Shown here in pieces: positions 20,977 to 31,147 of a DNA stretch of 64,000 nucleotides (its first letter is position 1; each line of letters opens with the position of its first letter). Source of the stretch: Candidatus Latescibacterota bacterium (GTDB taxonomy: Bacteria; Latescibacterota; UBA2968); contig OZ242195.1 of the NCBI GenBank assembly GCA_965205975.1, forward strand, positions 1,024,001 through 1,088,000, in the 5' to 3' direction. The translations under genes were made by a program, and so were the position numbers. A model generated the notes under the pieces. That model saw nothing but the letters and a program-made list of their open reading frames with translations. It did not search any database and was not told the origin of the DNA.

Positions 20977-22214
20977 TCGCTACCTCTGAGTTCGGCTTCG
21001 AGTTGCGCGCCGTAATTCTGAAGGTCTTTTTCGATGTCTTTGAGGTCGGGGTGATTTTGTAAGTATGCGTGGAGCGCGTCTTTTATGCCCATATCTTCTG
21101 AAATGCTGGCTCTACGCCGCTGTTTTTGGACTCTGGGCCTGGGCGCAATGCTGGCGATCATGAATGCGTCTTTGAGCGCGTTTTTGACGGCTTTGAGGTC
21201 AACGGTATCTGTGCGGTCGTCGGGCAAATCGTATATGACGCGCACAATGGCATCGGTCAGGGTGTGTTTGTCGATGGCTTCGAGCATGGTTGGCGTGGGA
21301 TCCTGATCCGGGGCGATGTCAACTGATATCGTGCAAAAGGGGCGAGCCGGTGTGTGTACAAATTTGTAAGATGTCGTCCGTCCTGTCTCCTGAGTCTCTA
21401 TGGTGACCATGACGACGCCTTTGGTTTCTCGTTCTTCGCCAAAATCAATGCGTTCAATGCTGCCGGAATACACAACAGGGGGCTGGGCACTGGGGTTGAG
21501 GTCCTGAAATTTGTGAATGTGGCCCAGGGCGACGTAGTCAAAGGCGGGATTGGCGAGTGTGCTGGTGAGAAAAACGGGGTCGCGCCCAATAATTGCGGTT
21601 TGTTCAGAGCCGGACAAGGTGGCGTCGGCAGCGGCGAGATGCCCCACGAGAACGGCGGGAATAGCGGGATCAACTCGTGAGGCCAGACGATCAATCAGGA
21701 GGGCTCCCAGGTCTTGAAGTTTTTCGACGACTTCTTCTTGCGATAGGTTGTGATAGGTGCCCTGGGTCAACAGGCGGCTGCGGTGCAGCCAGGGCAAGCA
21801 GGCAACCTGAATGGGGCCAGATTTTGTGTCAATGGGTATGAGGCGGTCTTCAGTGGCAATGTGGACGCCTTTTGTGCCCAGTGTGCCAAAGATGTCAACA
21901 GATGAGGCTTTGCCATAAGATACGGGGCTGTCGTGGTTACCCGTGATCATGACGATGGGAATGTCGCGGGCACTGAGCATGTGAATGAGGGATGCAAATT
22001 CGCGCTGGTGCGTGGGCGTGGGATCGCATGAGCGATAGGCATCGCCGGCGAAGATGACGAGATCGACCTCTTCTTTTATAGCTTCTTCAAACGCAAATCG
22101 CAGACTTTTGATAAAGTCTTGCAAGCGCGTGTGAAGGCCCGTACCCGAATCGAGACGGCCGTAATTTTCAACGCCAATATGGGTGTCGGCAACGTGTAGA
22201 AATTTGATGGACAT
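20973..22214 (-). CDS. sbcD: SbcD/Mre11 nuclease
   Basis: Metallophosphoesterase motifs ADTH, AGD, GNHD, YVALGHIH, YSGS; overlaps the sbcC start. Confidence 0.93.
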   Translation of the reverse strand: MSIKFLHVADTHIGVENYGRLDSGTGLHTRLQDFIKSLRFAFEEAIKEEVDLVIFAGDAYRSCDPTPTHQREFASLIHMLSARDIPIVMITGNHDSPVSYGKASSVDIFGTLGTKGVHIATEDRLIPIDTKSGPIQVACLPWLHRSRLLTQGTYHNLSQEEVVEKLQDLGALLIDRLASRVDPAIPAVLVGHLAAADATLSGSEQTAIIGRDPVFLTSTLANPAFDYVALGHIHKFQDLNPSAQPPVVYSGSIERIDFGEERETKGVVMVTIETQETGRTTSYKFVHTPARPFCTISVDIAPDQDPTPTMLEAIDKHTLTDAIVRVIYDLPDDRTDTVDLKAVKNALKDAFMIASIAPRPRVQKQRRRASISEDMGIKDALHAYLQNHPDLKDIEKDLQNYGAQLEAELRGSE

Positions 22215-22306
22215 AGTGAGAAAGGTTATTATGGGGAGGGAGAGGATAGGGGAAATTTAAGGAAGAAATAAGATGATGCAAAGTGCAAAGTTTACACAGC
22301 ACAGGC

Positions 22307-24124
22307 TTATGGGCTTACTTCTGGCGTGAGTTTTACTTTAATCTGAAGAGTTGTGACATCTGTGAAGTGAATCGCCAGTTTTCTGCGTCCCGTGTTATCG
22401 GCTTGTTTGGGATTGGGGGAGGTGGGCAAAGGGGTTGCGTCGAGAACTGTAAATATCGCGTCAGATGGCGATAAAATTTCCGCTTTGAGATGTTTGCCCC
22501 TGCGCGTTAGAAGGGCGGTTTGTCCGTCGAGTTTGATACTGGCTCTCGTGTGCATGAACCACCAGAGTTTAGATGGGGATTTGGCTTCAATGTCGTCGGT
22601 GATTACGACATGATTTTGGTCAATCATCTCAAAGGTGCGCTGTGCGTCTGTCACATCATCGGCATAAACATCGGTGAGATCGACAACAGCAGTCGCATGA
22701 TCAGGCGCAGCATTGAAGGTGGTGATGGGGCATTCGGCTTTTGGGTTCTGGTCTGGACCATTTCCGGGATTGAAGACGAGGGTGTTATGCCCCTCGGCGC
22801 GGATGCGATAAAATTCCCACCGTTGGCGTTTGTTGCGATGGGTCTGATAGGTTTCGCGTTCTGTGCCCGAGTCGATAGCCCATCGCTCGCCGAGCGCTTC
22901 GAGGATAAACGTGCCCTGATCGAGATGCCGGTGCATGCGCAGGTTGTAATTGCCGCCGGCCTGAATGCCCAGGACCAGCGCATTGGAATCGGTCCAGGAA
23001 GAACGCAAGGTAGCGACATCGGCTTTGCGAAAGTGTTTGTCGGGGGATAGGGTGCTGGGATCAAAGTCTTTTGCGCTGTCGTCGAACCACAGCAAGTCGA
23101 GCACTGTTCCCCTGCCGTATTGTCTGAGCGTATCGTAGCGAAACCAACTGTAGTGTTGTATGCCGTAGTGCTTACCCATCCAGAAGTGCATGGGGGTACT
23201 CATGCGACGCAATCCGCAATCGGCAAAGTCAAAACTGTAGCGATCCGCCCCCGAGATGTAAATCTGATAATCTCCGCTTTCTTTGAACCCGGGTGTGTCT
23301 GTGAGGTCAAAATCCGTGCCGAGTGCGCTGAACAGGCTGGATAAAAAGAGTACGTTGTAACGCGCACCATAATCCCAATAGGTCACGCCTTCAATACCCG
23401 CACCATCGGGCGCGTAGAAATTCATCGCCACCGGAATGTTTTTGATGCCTTCGTGGAGAATTTCATTGGCGAGTTCAGGTTTTTCATCGGCTATGACGAG
23501 CGCGCCCATGCCGAGTCCACCGTTGCAGACCTGGTTCCAATTGTTGTGACTGCGCGCCCACCAGGCGTTTTCACGATAGCCTTTTAAGCCGGGTTTGAGA
23601 CCTTTTTCCACGATAGCACTGCGAAGGATGCTACGCTGATCTTCTGTCCAATGCTTGTACAACCAGTCGTATCCAACGGCAAAGGCATAAGTCATTTCTG
23701 CGGTGTCGAGAAAATGATCGGGATTCCAGTCTTTGAATTGCGCTGCGGCTTCGAGTTCTGCCCAGGCGCGTTCCAAATGGCGTTGTTCGCCCTCCATGAG
23801 ATAGACAAAGGCGAGTTGTCGCACACGCTCTTTGACGCGACGGCTGGTGGAGAGCAACCGCCTTCCGTCAGGGATGCTGTATTCCGATGGTTTTTGCGTG
23901 AGTATTTTCTGGGTTTCTCGCTTGACCCGGCGGTAGATTTTGGCGGCAACAGTGTCCTGGGCTATTTGTTTTTTGACGCGTGCGATGGTATTTGCATCCA
24001 TCATCAGACGCGGGTGGCCGGGTTCCATGGTCGTTAGAACCTGATCCTTATCCGGGGGTGTGAATGCTTCTGTGTGAGTTTGAGTACTCAGCATGATGAT
24101 GATTATTGCCGTGATTGATTTCAT
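22307..24124 (-). CDS. Heparinase II/III-like polysaccharide lyase
   Basis: Signal peptide, HPRLM, HFLDTAEM, NNWNQVCNGG, EGVTYWDY, HRHLDQGTF, GHNTL. Confidence 0.8.
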   Translation of the reverse strand: MKSITAIIIIMLSTQTHTEAFTPPDKDQVLTTMEPGHPRLMMDANTIARVKKQIAQDTVAAKIYRRVKRETQKILTQKPSEYSIPDGRRLLSTSRRVKERVRQLAFVYLMEGEQRHLERAWAELEAAAQFKDWNPDHFLDTAEMTYAFAVGYDWLYKHWTEDQRSILRSAIVEKGLKPGLKGYRENAWWARSHNNWNQVCNGGLGMGALVIADEKPELANEILHEGIKNIPVAMNFYAPDGAGIEGVTYWDYGARYNVLFLSSLFSALGTDFDLTDTPGFKESGDYQIYISGADRYSFDFADCGLRRMSTPMHFWMGKHYGIQHYSWFRYDTLRQYGRGTVLDLLWFDDSAKDFDPSTLSPDKHFRKADVATLRSSWTDSNALVLGIQAGGNYNLRMHRHLDQGTFILEALGERWAIDSGTERETYQTHRNKRQRWEFYRIRAEGHNTLVFNPGNGPDQNPKAECPITTFNAAPDHATAVVDLTDVYADDVTDAQRTFEMIDQNHVVITDDIEAKSPSKLWWFMHTRASIKLDGQTALLTRRGKHLKAEILSPSDAIFTVLDATPLPTSPNPKQADNTGRRKLAIHFTDVTTLQIKVKLTPEVSP

Positions 24125-24141
24125 AATGTGTTTTTAACGAT

Positions 24142-24177
24142 AACGAGTTCACTCAGTAGAAACTGGGCGAACTCGTT
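24142..24177 (-). terminator. Long stem-loop after the LRR gene
   Basis: AACGAGTTCACTCAGT-AGAA-ACTGGGCGAACTCGTT, 16-bp imperfect stem; U-tract weak. Confidence 0.5.
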
Positions 24178-24207
24178 TGGTTATGACCTGAGATTTTTAC
24201 AGGTATC

Positions 24208-24990
24208 TCATTTGTCTTTGTCCATGGACTCCATGGCGTCCATATTTACCTTAACCTCTCTTTTTTTCAAGGCAGGGACATGCGTGTTCATCGATGCCTC
24301 ATTCAGAGCGTTGCGCCTGATATTCAGTGTTGCCAGGTTGGCCAGTCCGGCGGCCGGTGCGATATCGGCGACTTTATTGTTGGCGATGTTCAGGGTTTTC
24401 AACTCCGCCATCCCCGATACTGCCGAAATATCCGCGACTTTGTTGCCGGAAAGATTCAGTGTTCTCAGTTTGGTCAAGCCCGACAATGCCGAAATATCCA
24501 TGACGTTGCGATTCGCAGTGAGATGCAACGTTCTCAGATTGGTTAATTTAGCAAGTGCTGAGACGTCAGACACATTATTGCGGGTAAGGTTTAGCGTTCG
24601 CAGTTTTTTTAAACCGGCAAGTGCTGAAAGGTCTGTGACAGCGTTGCTGTTGACGACCTTATTTTCCACGCGCGCCTGACCGAGGTTCAGTACTGTTAAA
24701 TTGGTTGCGTGCTCGAGTCCGCTCAAATCGCTGATGTTTGCATTTGTGGCGACAAGACGTCGCAATTTTGCCATGTCAGCCGTGGTGATCACCGCATCGC
24801 TCGCCATGTTCAGGGAATCCGCAACAACCGCACGCAGATTGGCGTCGGCGATCATGACGGGCTTTGGCTCCATTTTTTTGGCAGCGCTTTCGCTTTTTTG
24901 CTCGCTCTTCAGGTGATGGCCCGCGTCGGTCGCGCTATAGCTGCATGCAATGAAGAGTGCGAGGATCAGGGGGAGATGTCGATACTTCAT
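24208..24990 (-). CDS. Internalin-like leucine-rich-repeat lipoprotein
   Basis: Lipobox LFIAC, cap IADANLRAVV, repeated ~22-aa LRRs (LxxLxxLxLxxNxVxDISxL). Confidence 0.85.
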   Translation of the reverse strand: MKYRHLPLILALFIACSYSATDAGHHLKSEQKSESAAKKMEPKPVMIADANLRAVVADSLNMASDAVITTADMAKLRRLVATNANISDLSGLEHATNLTVLNLGQARVENKVVNSNAVTDLSALAGLKKLRTLNLTRNNVSDVSALAKLTNLRTLHLTANRNVMDISALSGLTKLRTLNLSGNKVADISAVSGMAELKTLNIANNKVADIAPAAGLANLATLNIRRNALNEASMNTHVPALKKREVKVNMDAMESMDKDK

Positions 24991-25203
24991 GGTTTTTTCC
25001 TCCAGATGGGGGTGAATGAGGCACGCGAAGTGCCTGTACTAAATGGATGTGATATTGAGCACATTGACGTAACAACTTACGAGAGATTTCCTCCTTTCTG
25101 TTGTGGGTGCGTATTCCTGTGTGCCCTAATCAAGGGTATGATAATATAAAAACGGTTGATTGGTCAATAAAAAATAATAGGTAAGATAAGAGGAGAGAAG
25201 GGG

Positions 25204-26952
25204 CTAACGCTTAAGCTCGAGTTGTGCCGACCACGAGGAGGTGCGGTGGTGGCTGTAGCGCGTTGACAGGCGGAAATGCGCGTTTGCCCAGGTGAGGCGC
25301 AGACCGCGATTGGTGCCGTCTCCCGAGAGGGTGAGCAGGCGTATGCCACCCCAGACATCGGGTTCAACGTCGTAGATACGCGCGTTGTAGGATGAGATTT
25401 TGTGGTGAGTTGCCCAAAGTGCGAGGGAGAAGCCCGTTGATTTGCCGAGTTGGAGGCGAAGTCCGGCGGCATTTCCCGATGTACCGGCGTGGGCGCGCTG
25501 GAGCCATGCGGTCATGGCGCGGGAGGGGCGTTTATAGGTGAGCGAGAGGCGAAGGCTCTGGCGGGGCACGCGATTTGTCGCGCTTCTGGTATCGGCGGTC
25601 AGACGTGCCGAAAACCCCCTGCTGAAGCGGTGGGTAAAATTGAGCCGCAGGCGATTACCTCGTTCTGGCAGCGCGCTTTTCTCTGGTATGAGCTGACCAT
25701 GACGGTCGAGGGCGATATCGAGGCGTTTGTGTTTTGATATGCGCCAGGTCAGGCCAAAGAATGCGCCCCACTCGTTGTTGGGGGGAGAGCTGTATGCGGC
25801 ATAAGGTGCGCCGTGTAAGCTGTGGAAATTGGCGCTATAGCGTCTGCCGATGAGGTGAAGACGCAGGAGGGGCGTGCCAGCGACGAGGCCAGTTATGAAA
25901 GCTTTCGGGGCGATTTCGCCAAACAGGGCGATATGATCGGCGCGGTAGAAGGCGTTGAGGCTGAATAACAGGCCTGCCCGAGCTGTGCGCGGTACTGCAG
26001 ATTCTCCGACTGTGTCAGATGCGACTGGATTAAAGGCTGTGTTGAGGACTGTCAATCCAACGTGTTTTTGTGAGGACCCAATGGCTATGTTTGCGCCTGC
26101 GAGGTGTTCGCGAAGCGCGTTTTTGCGCGCTTGTGAGGTTTCTGTGTCGTGAAGGCCGCTGGTGTAGATGCGCGTATCAGATCCAAAGGTCGCATCCCAT
26201 GTCATTTGGCCATACATCAGGCTCCAATGCAGGTGGGTGTGTGAGCCGCTCAGGTAAATGCCGCGCAGGGCACCGTGTTCTGTGCTGGTGCGGTTGCCCA
26301 GTTGTGTGGCAGTGCGGGCGCGTGCATAGCTCAGGCCAGTCGCGTTGCGGGTGCGGCGGGAAAAGAGCAATCCCTGTCCCCATTCTGGACGCACGTCTCC
26401 TATGATGATGTTGACCCGCGAAAGGGGCAGGGCAATATATCCGGTGACATGATCGGTAAGGGTCGGTTCTTCCGGGTCGCGTTCGGTAAGAAAAAAGGCA
26501 GAGAGGCGTGCGGGCGAAGCGATTTCGAGTCGCTGGTAGAGACGCATGTCGCCAAAGCTATTGGCGCGTTTGGAAGGCCGCGTGACACGGGATGTGTATT
26601 GCAAACGCCATGGGCGCGGGGGGGCGATGGAGAGATAGGGCGCGATGAGGTCGATGTGTTCTTCCGATAAGCCCTGCACATGGGCGAGTTCTGCAAGGGT
26701 GCGATAGGGGCGACGGGCGATGATTCGTCGGGCGAGTTCTGGGGTGAGACCGGGTAGAATGAGCAGGTCTTTCGCACTTGCGCGATTGAGTTCGAGGCTT
26801 ATGCCTTCGAGGTCGCGTAACAGGTCGTTATAAGCTTCGGCCTCGTCTTCGGTGTAGATGACGAGCGGTTGTGCGAATAGGAGCGCGGGAAGGCACAGGG
26901 TGAACACAATGTGCCATGCGAGCGTGCGGAAGTGAAAGATATGTTCTGACAT
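25204..26952 (-). CDS. ComEA-like helix-hairpin-helix protein with probable outer-membrane beta-barrel
   Basis: Signal peptide; LELNRASAKDLLILPGL...RPYRTLAELAHVQGL HhH module; Arg/aromatic-rich beta-strand C-terminal region. Confidence 0.7.
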   Translation of the reverse strand: MSEHIFHFRTLAWHIVFTLCLPALLFAQPLVIYTEDEAEAYNDLLRDLEGISLELNRASAKDLLILPGLTPELARRIIARRPYRTLAELAHVQGLSEEHIDLIAPYLSIAPPRPWRLQYTSRVTRPSKRANSFGDMRLYQRLEIASPARLSAFFLTERDPEEPTLTDHVTGYIALPLSRVNIIIGDVRPEWGQGLLFSRRTRNATGLSYARARTATQLGNRTSTEHGALRGIYLSGSHTHLHWSLMYGQMTWDATFGSDTRIYTSGLHDTETSQARKNALREHLAGANIAIGSSQKHVGLTVLNTAFNPVASDTVGESAVPRTARAGLLFSLNAFYRADHIALFGEIAPKAFITGLVAGTPLLRLHLIGRRYSANFHSLHGAPYAAYSSPPNNEWGAFFGLTWRISKHKRLDIALDRHGQLIPEKSALPERGNRLRLNFTHRFSRGFSARLTADTRSATNRVPRQSLRLSLTYKRPSRAMTAWLQRAHAGTSGNAAGLRLQLGKSTGFSLALWATHHKISSYNARIYDVEPDVWGGIRLLTLSGDGTNRGLRLTWANAHFRLSTRYSHHRTSSWSAQLELKR

Positions 26953-27037
26953 TGGGCGCGTTTGCGATGTAAAGGTCTTAATTTACAGGAAGTTGCTTTG
27001 TTACTGCAATAGACCTTAAGCAAACGGTATGCCAATC

Positions 27038-28873
27038 TCACTTCTCATACAATTCTATTCTGCGATTTCTGATGGTGAGCATATACATCCATGCATTTTC
27101 CCGATGGCCTTTGTCAAAGGATATTTGACCAGTTGCGCCGGGTATTTCCGTGAGGGTTTCAAGACGGTCTCGCAGGCGGTCTCGGGTGGTGCCGCCCGCG
27201 TTTATACCGTGCAGGATAGATAGCATTGCGTCGTATCCGAGGGCAGCAACGATATTCTGTTCTTTGCCAAAGCGCGAGCGGTACGCGTTGACAAAATTTT
27301 GAACGGATTCGAGGTGGCTCTGGTCGTAATATTTAGCGACAAAAATAGCGCCATCTACATAATTGCCTCCATCGCGAGCCACTTCATCGTGGTTCCAACC
27401 ATCGCTGCCGAGTACCTGGGAAGAGACGAGGGCGGAGTGAAATTGGGGAGTGATTAGCAGGATGTCTTCAGCACCACCGGCAATGAGGATACCGTCCAGG
27501 GCTTCGACAACTTCGAGTTGCACGGTGTCGGGATCAACTACGACGGGTGGGGGAGGGGCAACGCGTATGTTCCCGAGAATTAATGAGTCAATTTCCGAAG
27601 CGAGATCGTCGGGCGCTTGAAGTGCCAGTCCCGCGATGCGTATGCGTTCAAATTGGCGGCGATAATCCGTAGTACCCGGTTCATACCATTCTTGAATGAG
27701 CACTTCGGCACCGAGGTCTTCGGCTCTGGTGGCAAATGCGTGGGCGATACTCCGGCCATAATCATCTCGAGACGCGAGCGAGGCCAGCGTTCGCAAGCCT
27801 TGTTTATTCACGGCGTGTTCTGCAATATGCCTGCCCTGTGCGCCCGGCGTTGCATTGACTTGAAAAACGTAGGGACTGAGGGATGCAATGCCATCGTCTG
27901 AGGCTGTTGGAGCTACCAGAGGCACTTTTTGGGCACTGAGCATGGTTGCGATAGGCGTGGTTACCGCGCTTGTGAGCGCGCCGATGATAGCGAGCACTTC
28001 GCGTTCTTCAACAAGGTGCTGTGCCGCGCGTGCTGCGCGAATGGGATCGCCTTCGGAGTCTTCAAATATCAATTCGACCTGGTCGTGAGATGCGAGTGGA
28101 TTGCGGTCTCTCGCAAGTGTGATGCCGTTGCGGAGATCTTCGCCGCTTGGGGTGCCCAATGGAGCGATGACGCCAATTTTATAGCGTGCTTTTTGGGGGT
28201 TTGGAGTGGGTTGGGGCGATGTGCGTTCGGGTATGGAAATTTGGCGCGCGAGTGCTGTGAATTGCCCATTTGGATGGTGATCGAGAAAGAAGGACAAGTA
28301 TTTGTTACCAGTTTCGAGGTTGCCGAGTTTGATGTGCCAGCGCACTTTGCCAAATGCAATGGCTTCATCGATGATGGCGCGATTAAAGTCGATTTTTATA
28401 TTGTCGATCTCGCTGTCGGCCAGTTTTTCGCTGCCGGATAATTGCCCCAGGCGGTCGGCTGCACGCGCTTTGGTACGTATGTCGGCGCGGCTGGTGAGTA
28501 CGCGCGCATATTGTGTGGCGGCGTTGTAAATCTGGCGCTGGTGAAAATAGCAGTCGCCGATGATCAGATCGGTTTCGGAAATGTATCGGCTACGCGGATA
28601 GTGGTGTTGAAGCGCGATAGCCTCGTTCAGAGCCAGATCGTACGCTTTCAATTTGTAGTGCGATTTTGCCAGCATGAATCGCGCGGCAGAGGTGCGCTGG
28701 TTGGGGGGGTGTTGTTCGACGAGTTCGATAAACCCATCCCGGGCGTCTGATAAATTGTCTTGATTATAATGGGCAAGCGCGCGTTGGAAGAGGGTTTCCG
28801 CTTTCTGGCTGAATATCTCACCCGATAGCTGAGAAGAAAATAGAAAAAATAAGAGTATGGATAATGTTTTCAT
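27038..28873 (-). CDS. TPR plus type I periplasmic binding domain protein (LpoA/LivJ-like)
   Basis: Signal peptide, BamD-like TPRs, KIGVIAPL, IIGALTS, DDYGR, ALGYDA, GATGQISF. Confidence 0.75.
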   Translation of the reverse strand: MKTLSILLFFLFSSQLSGEIFSQKAETLFQRALAHYNQDNLSDARDGFIELVEQHPPNQRTSAARFMLAKSHYKLKAYDLALNEAIALQHHYPRSRYISETDLIIGDCYFHQRQIYNAATQYARVLTSRADIRTKARAADRLGQLSGSEKLADSEIDNIKIDFNRAIIDEAIAFGKVRWHIKLGNLETGNKYLSFFLDHHPNGQFTALARQISIPERTSPQPTPNPQKARYKIGVIAPLGTPSGEDLRNGITLARDRNPLASHDQVELIFEDSEGDPIRAARAAQHLVEEREVLAIIGALTSAVTTPIATMLSAQKVPLVAPTASDDGIASLSPYVFQVNATPGAQGRHIAEHAVNKQGLRTLASLASRDDYGRSIAHAFATRAEDLGAEVLIQEWYEPGTTDYRRQFERIRIAGLALQAPDDLASEIDSLILGNIRVAPPPPVVVDPDTVQLEVVEALDGILIAGGAEDILLITPQFHSALVSSQVLGSDGWNHDEVARDGGNYVDGAIFVAKYYDQSHLESVQNFVNAYRSRFGKEQNIVAALGYDAMLSILHGINAGGTTRDRLRDRLETLTEIPGATGQISFDKGHRENAWMYMLTIRNRRIELYEK

Positions 28874-29352
28874 TGAACAAAGTTGATAAAATCTTCTGGG
28901 TGCAGTTTTTGGAGTCTCTGTTGTAGGAGTTCGGGGGGATGGTTTTTCGACAGTTCAGCGCTTTTTTGCATCACTTTTTCGTCAATGTAGATTGGCACGC
29001 CAAACTTGAGTGCCATCAAGATCGCATCGCTGGGGCGTGCGTCGAGTTCCAGAGGGGTTGCGGGGGAGGTGAGATACAATTGCGCGCGATAGACGTGGTC
29101 TATGATGTCTGTGATGAGTGCGTGTTGAACGCTGGCTTGCAGGTTTTTGATAATCGTTTTGATCAGGTCGTGTGCAAAAGGACGCGGTGGTTTGTAGTCA
29201 TCGCCAGAGATGTGAAGGGCGAGCGAAAACATTTCGCCCATTTGAATCCATATTGGCACGCGGTGGTCGCCATCTTTTTGTTTCAGCATAACAACCGGCT
29301 CTTCGAATTGGCGGTCGATAAATATGCCTTCGATTTGGGCTTCATAGACCAT
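28870..29352 (-). CDS. Bifunctional nuclease family protein (DUF151)
   Basis: PVVML, PIWI, PPRPFAHDL, LDARPSDAI. Confidence 0.88.
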   Translation of the reverse strand: MVYEAQIEGIFIDRQFEEPVVMLKQKDGDHRVPIWIQMGEMFSLALHISGDDYKPPRPFAHDLIKTIIKNLQASVQHALITDIIDHVYRAQLYLTSPATPLELDARPSDAILMALKFGVPIYIDEKVMQKSAELSKNHPPELLQQRLQKLHPEDFINFVQ

Positions 29353-29425
29353 AGGGCGCGACCTCCGTTGGTTTTTGGAAATATAAAGGAGGGCAATGAA
29401 AGGGTCAAGGGATCAGTTCTTAGAT

Positions 29426-30070
29426 TTAGTCCAAAACGAATGAGACGGCGAGCCAGCCGCCTACGGGGATGATGTTGGAGATGAGCTTGGGGTGATCGGC
29501 AACGCGGCGGTTGTAGTCCTGTATGCCGCGGCGACCATCGCCTTCGGGCAGTGCGCGGTGTGCATGTCCGTGTCCATTGGCATTGTCGGCGATGATCAGG
29601 CCGCCCGGGCGCGTGTTTTTAAGGGCAAAATCGAGGTATTTGGGATAGCTTTCTTTGTCTGCGTCGATGAAGATGAGGTCAAAAGGTCCGTCTTGTGCTG
29701 CGTCTTTCATGAGTTTTGTGCCGTCGCCCAGGCGCACATCTGTTCGGTCGGATAGTCCGGCTTTTTCGTAGTTGCGCCGCGTGACATCGGCGTGTTTGGG
29801 TTCAATTTCGAGGGTGATGAATTGTCCGTCTTCGGGCAATGCACGGGCGAGCCAAATGCCCGAGTAACCCGCGAGCGCGCCAAATTCGAGGATTTTTTTT
29901 GCGCCGATTGTTTTGGCGAGCAAATACAGGGTTTGCCCGGCTTCGGGGCTGACTGAGATTCGCGGAATACCCTGTTCGGCAGCATCGGACATGATGTTTT
30001 TAAGCAAGTCATCTTCATGGGCAAATACTTCCCTTTTGTATGTGTCGAGATCGGGATAGGTTTGTTGCAT
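29426..30070 (-). CDS. SAM-dependent O-methyltransferase (caffeoyl-CoA OMT-like)
   Basis: ILEFGALAGYS, FDLIFIDADK, GGLIIADN. Confidence 0.9.
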   Translation of the reverse strand: MQQTYPDLDTYKREVFAHEDDLLKNIMSDAAEQGIPRISVSPEAGQTLYLLAKTIGAKKILEFGALAGYSGIWLARALPEDGQFITLEIEPKHADVTRRNYEKAGLSDRTDVRLGDGTKLMKDAAQDGPFDLIFIDADKESYPKYLDFALKNTRPGGLIIADNANGHGHAHRALPEGDGRRGIQDYNRRVADHPKLISNIIPVGGWLAVSFVLD

Positions 30071-30095
30071 TGGGTTAGCCTTTCATTGCACGCGT

Positions 30096-31139
30096 TTAGA
30101 AAGTGATTCTTCTGCCTTCTTTTGCCGATTGATATGCGCCGAGGATCATTTCAACGGAGACGCGACCCTCTTCTGGGGAAACGCGCTCGTCGCTCAGGCC
30201 GCGAATATAGTTGATAAAAGGACGGGGTATGCCGGCGATGCGCTCGCCCTGCCCTTTGGGTATGTCCATTTTGAATTCGGTCCAGCGATTGTCACCGCGG
30301 CGGATGTATTTGAGTGGAATGGCGTCTTCTGGTCGCGGCGCAGAGGTGGAGGGCGCGTCGCCGTAATCCTGGATGATGGTTCCCTCATCGCCATAGATTT
30401 CAGTGGTGTTGACGCCTGCTGCAGTGGTGGAGCCGTTGAATAATATGCCCATCATGCCAGTTTCAAAGCGGAAGATAGAGACGCCGTTATCGTCGGGTGC
30501 AGTATCTGTCACGATGTTGTCGATTTCTGATATTACCGAGACGGGACGGCCAAAGGTCCAGTAGAACCAATCGGCGGCATGGGTGGCGTCGTCGAAGTAC
30601 ATTCCGATATTGGCAACGGGATCGACGTGCCATCTGGATGTCCCAGTGACAAAGTGGGGATTGAGTAGAACTGGGATGCAATGTCTTCGGCGCACGACCG
30701 CGATATTACCAACTATGCCTTTGTCAACGAGTTCCTTAATTTTGCGGTTGACGGGGTCCTGCCGCATCTGAAAGGCCATGCTGAATTTGACGCCTGATTT
30801 ATTTACGGCTTTGATGATGCGGTCGCAATCTTCAAGGGTGGTGGCCATGGGTTTTTGTAGCAGGATATTTTTGCCCGCCTGAGCGGCCACTATCGCGTAT
30901 TCTGCGTGGCGATTGGTCTCTATGCCGATCATGACGGTATCGATGTTTGGGTCGCCGAGTACGGCGTCTGCTGACGTGCGAAATTCCATGCCGAATTTGT
31001 CGGCGTTCTCGCGCCCGCGATCTTTATCGTCGTCCCATGTGGCGATGAGTTCGACATCATCATAATGCTGCATTTGACCGCAATATGTGTTGATGTGTCC
31101 GTGTGCGTGGCTGATTACGCCAATATGAACTTTATCCAT
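30096..31139 (-). CDS. Gfo/Idh/MocA oxidoreductase
   Basis: Rossmann N-terminus, LQKPMA, AFQMRQDP, DATHAAD. Confidence 0.88.
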   Translation of the reverse strand: MDKVHIGVISHAHGHINTYCGQMQHYDDVELIATWDDDKDRGRENADKFGMEFRTSADAVLGDPNIDTVMIGIETNRHAEYAIVAAQAGKNILLQKPMATTLEDCDRIIKAVNKSGVKFSMAFQMRQDPVNRKIKELVDKGIVGNIAVVRRRHCIPVLLNPHFVTGTSRWHVDPVANIGMYFDDATHAADWFYWTFGRPVSVISEIDNIVTDTAPDDNGVSIFRFETGMMGILFNGSTTAAGVNTTEIYGDEGTIIQDYGDAPSTSAPRPEDAIPLKYIRRGDNRWTEFKMDIPKGQGERIAGIPRPFINYIRGLSDERVSPEEGRVSVEMILGAYQSAKEGRRITF

Positions 31140-31147
31140 AAATATCC

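Noticed and set aside
17926..22214. SMC-like ATPase plus nuclease as a Wadjet or Lamassu defence system
   Set aside because: Zinc hook and Mre11-type partner indicate ordinary SbcCD; no kleisin or effector genes.
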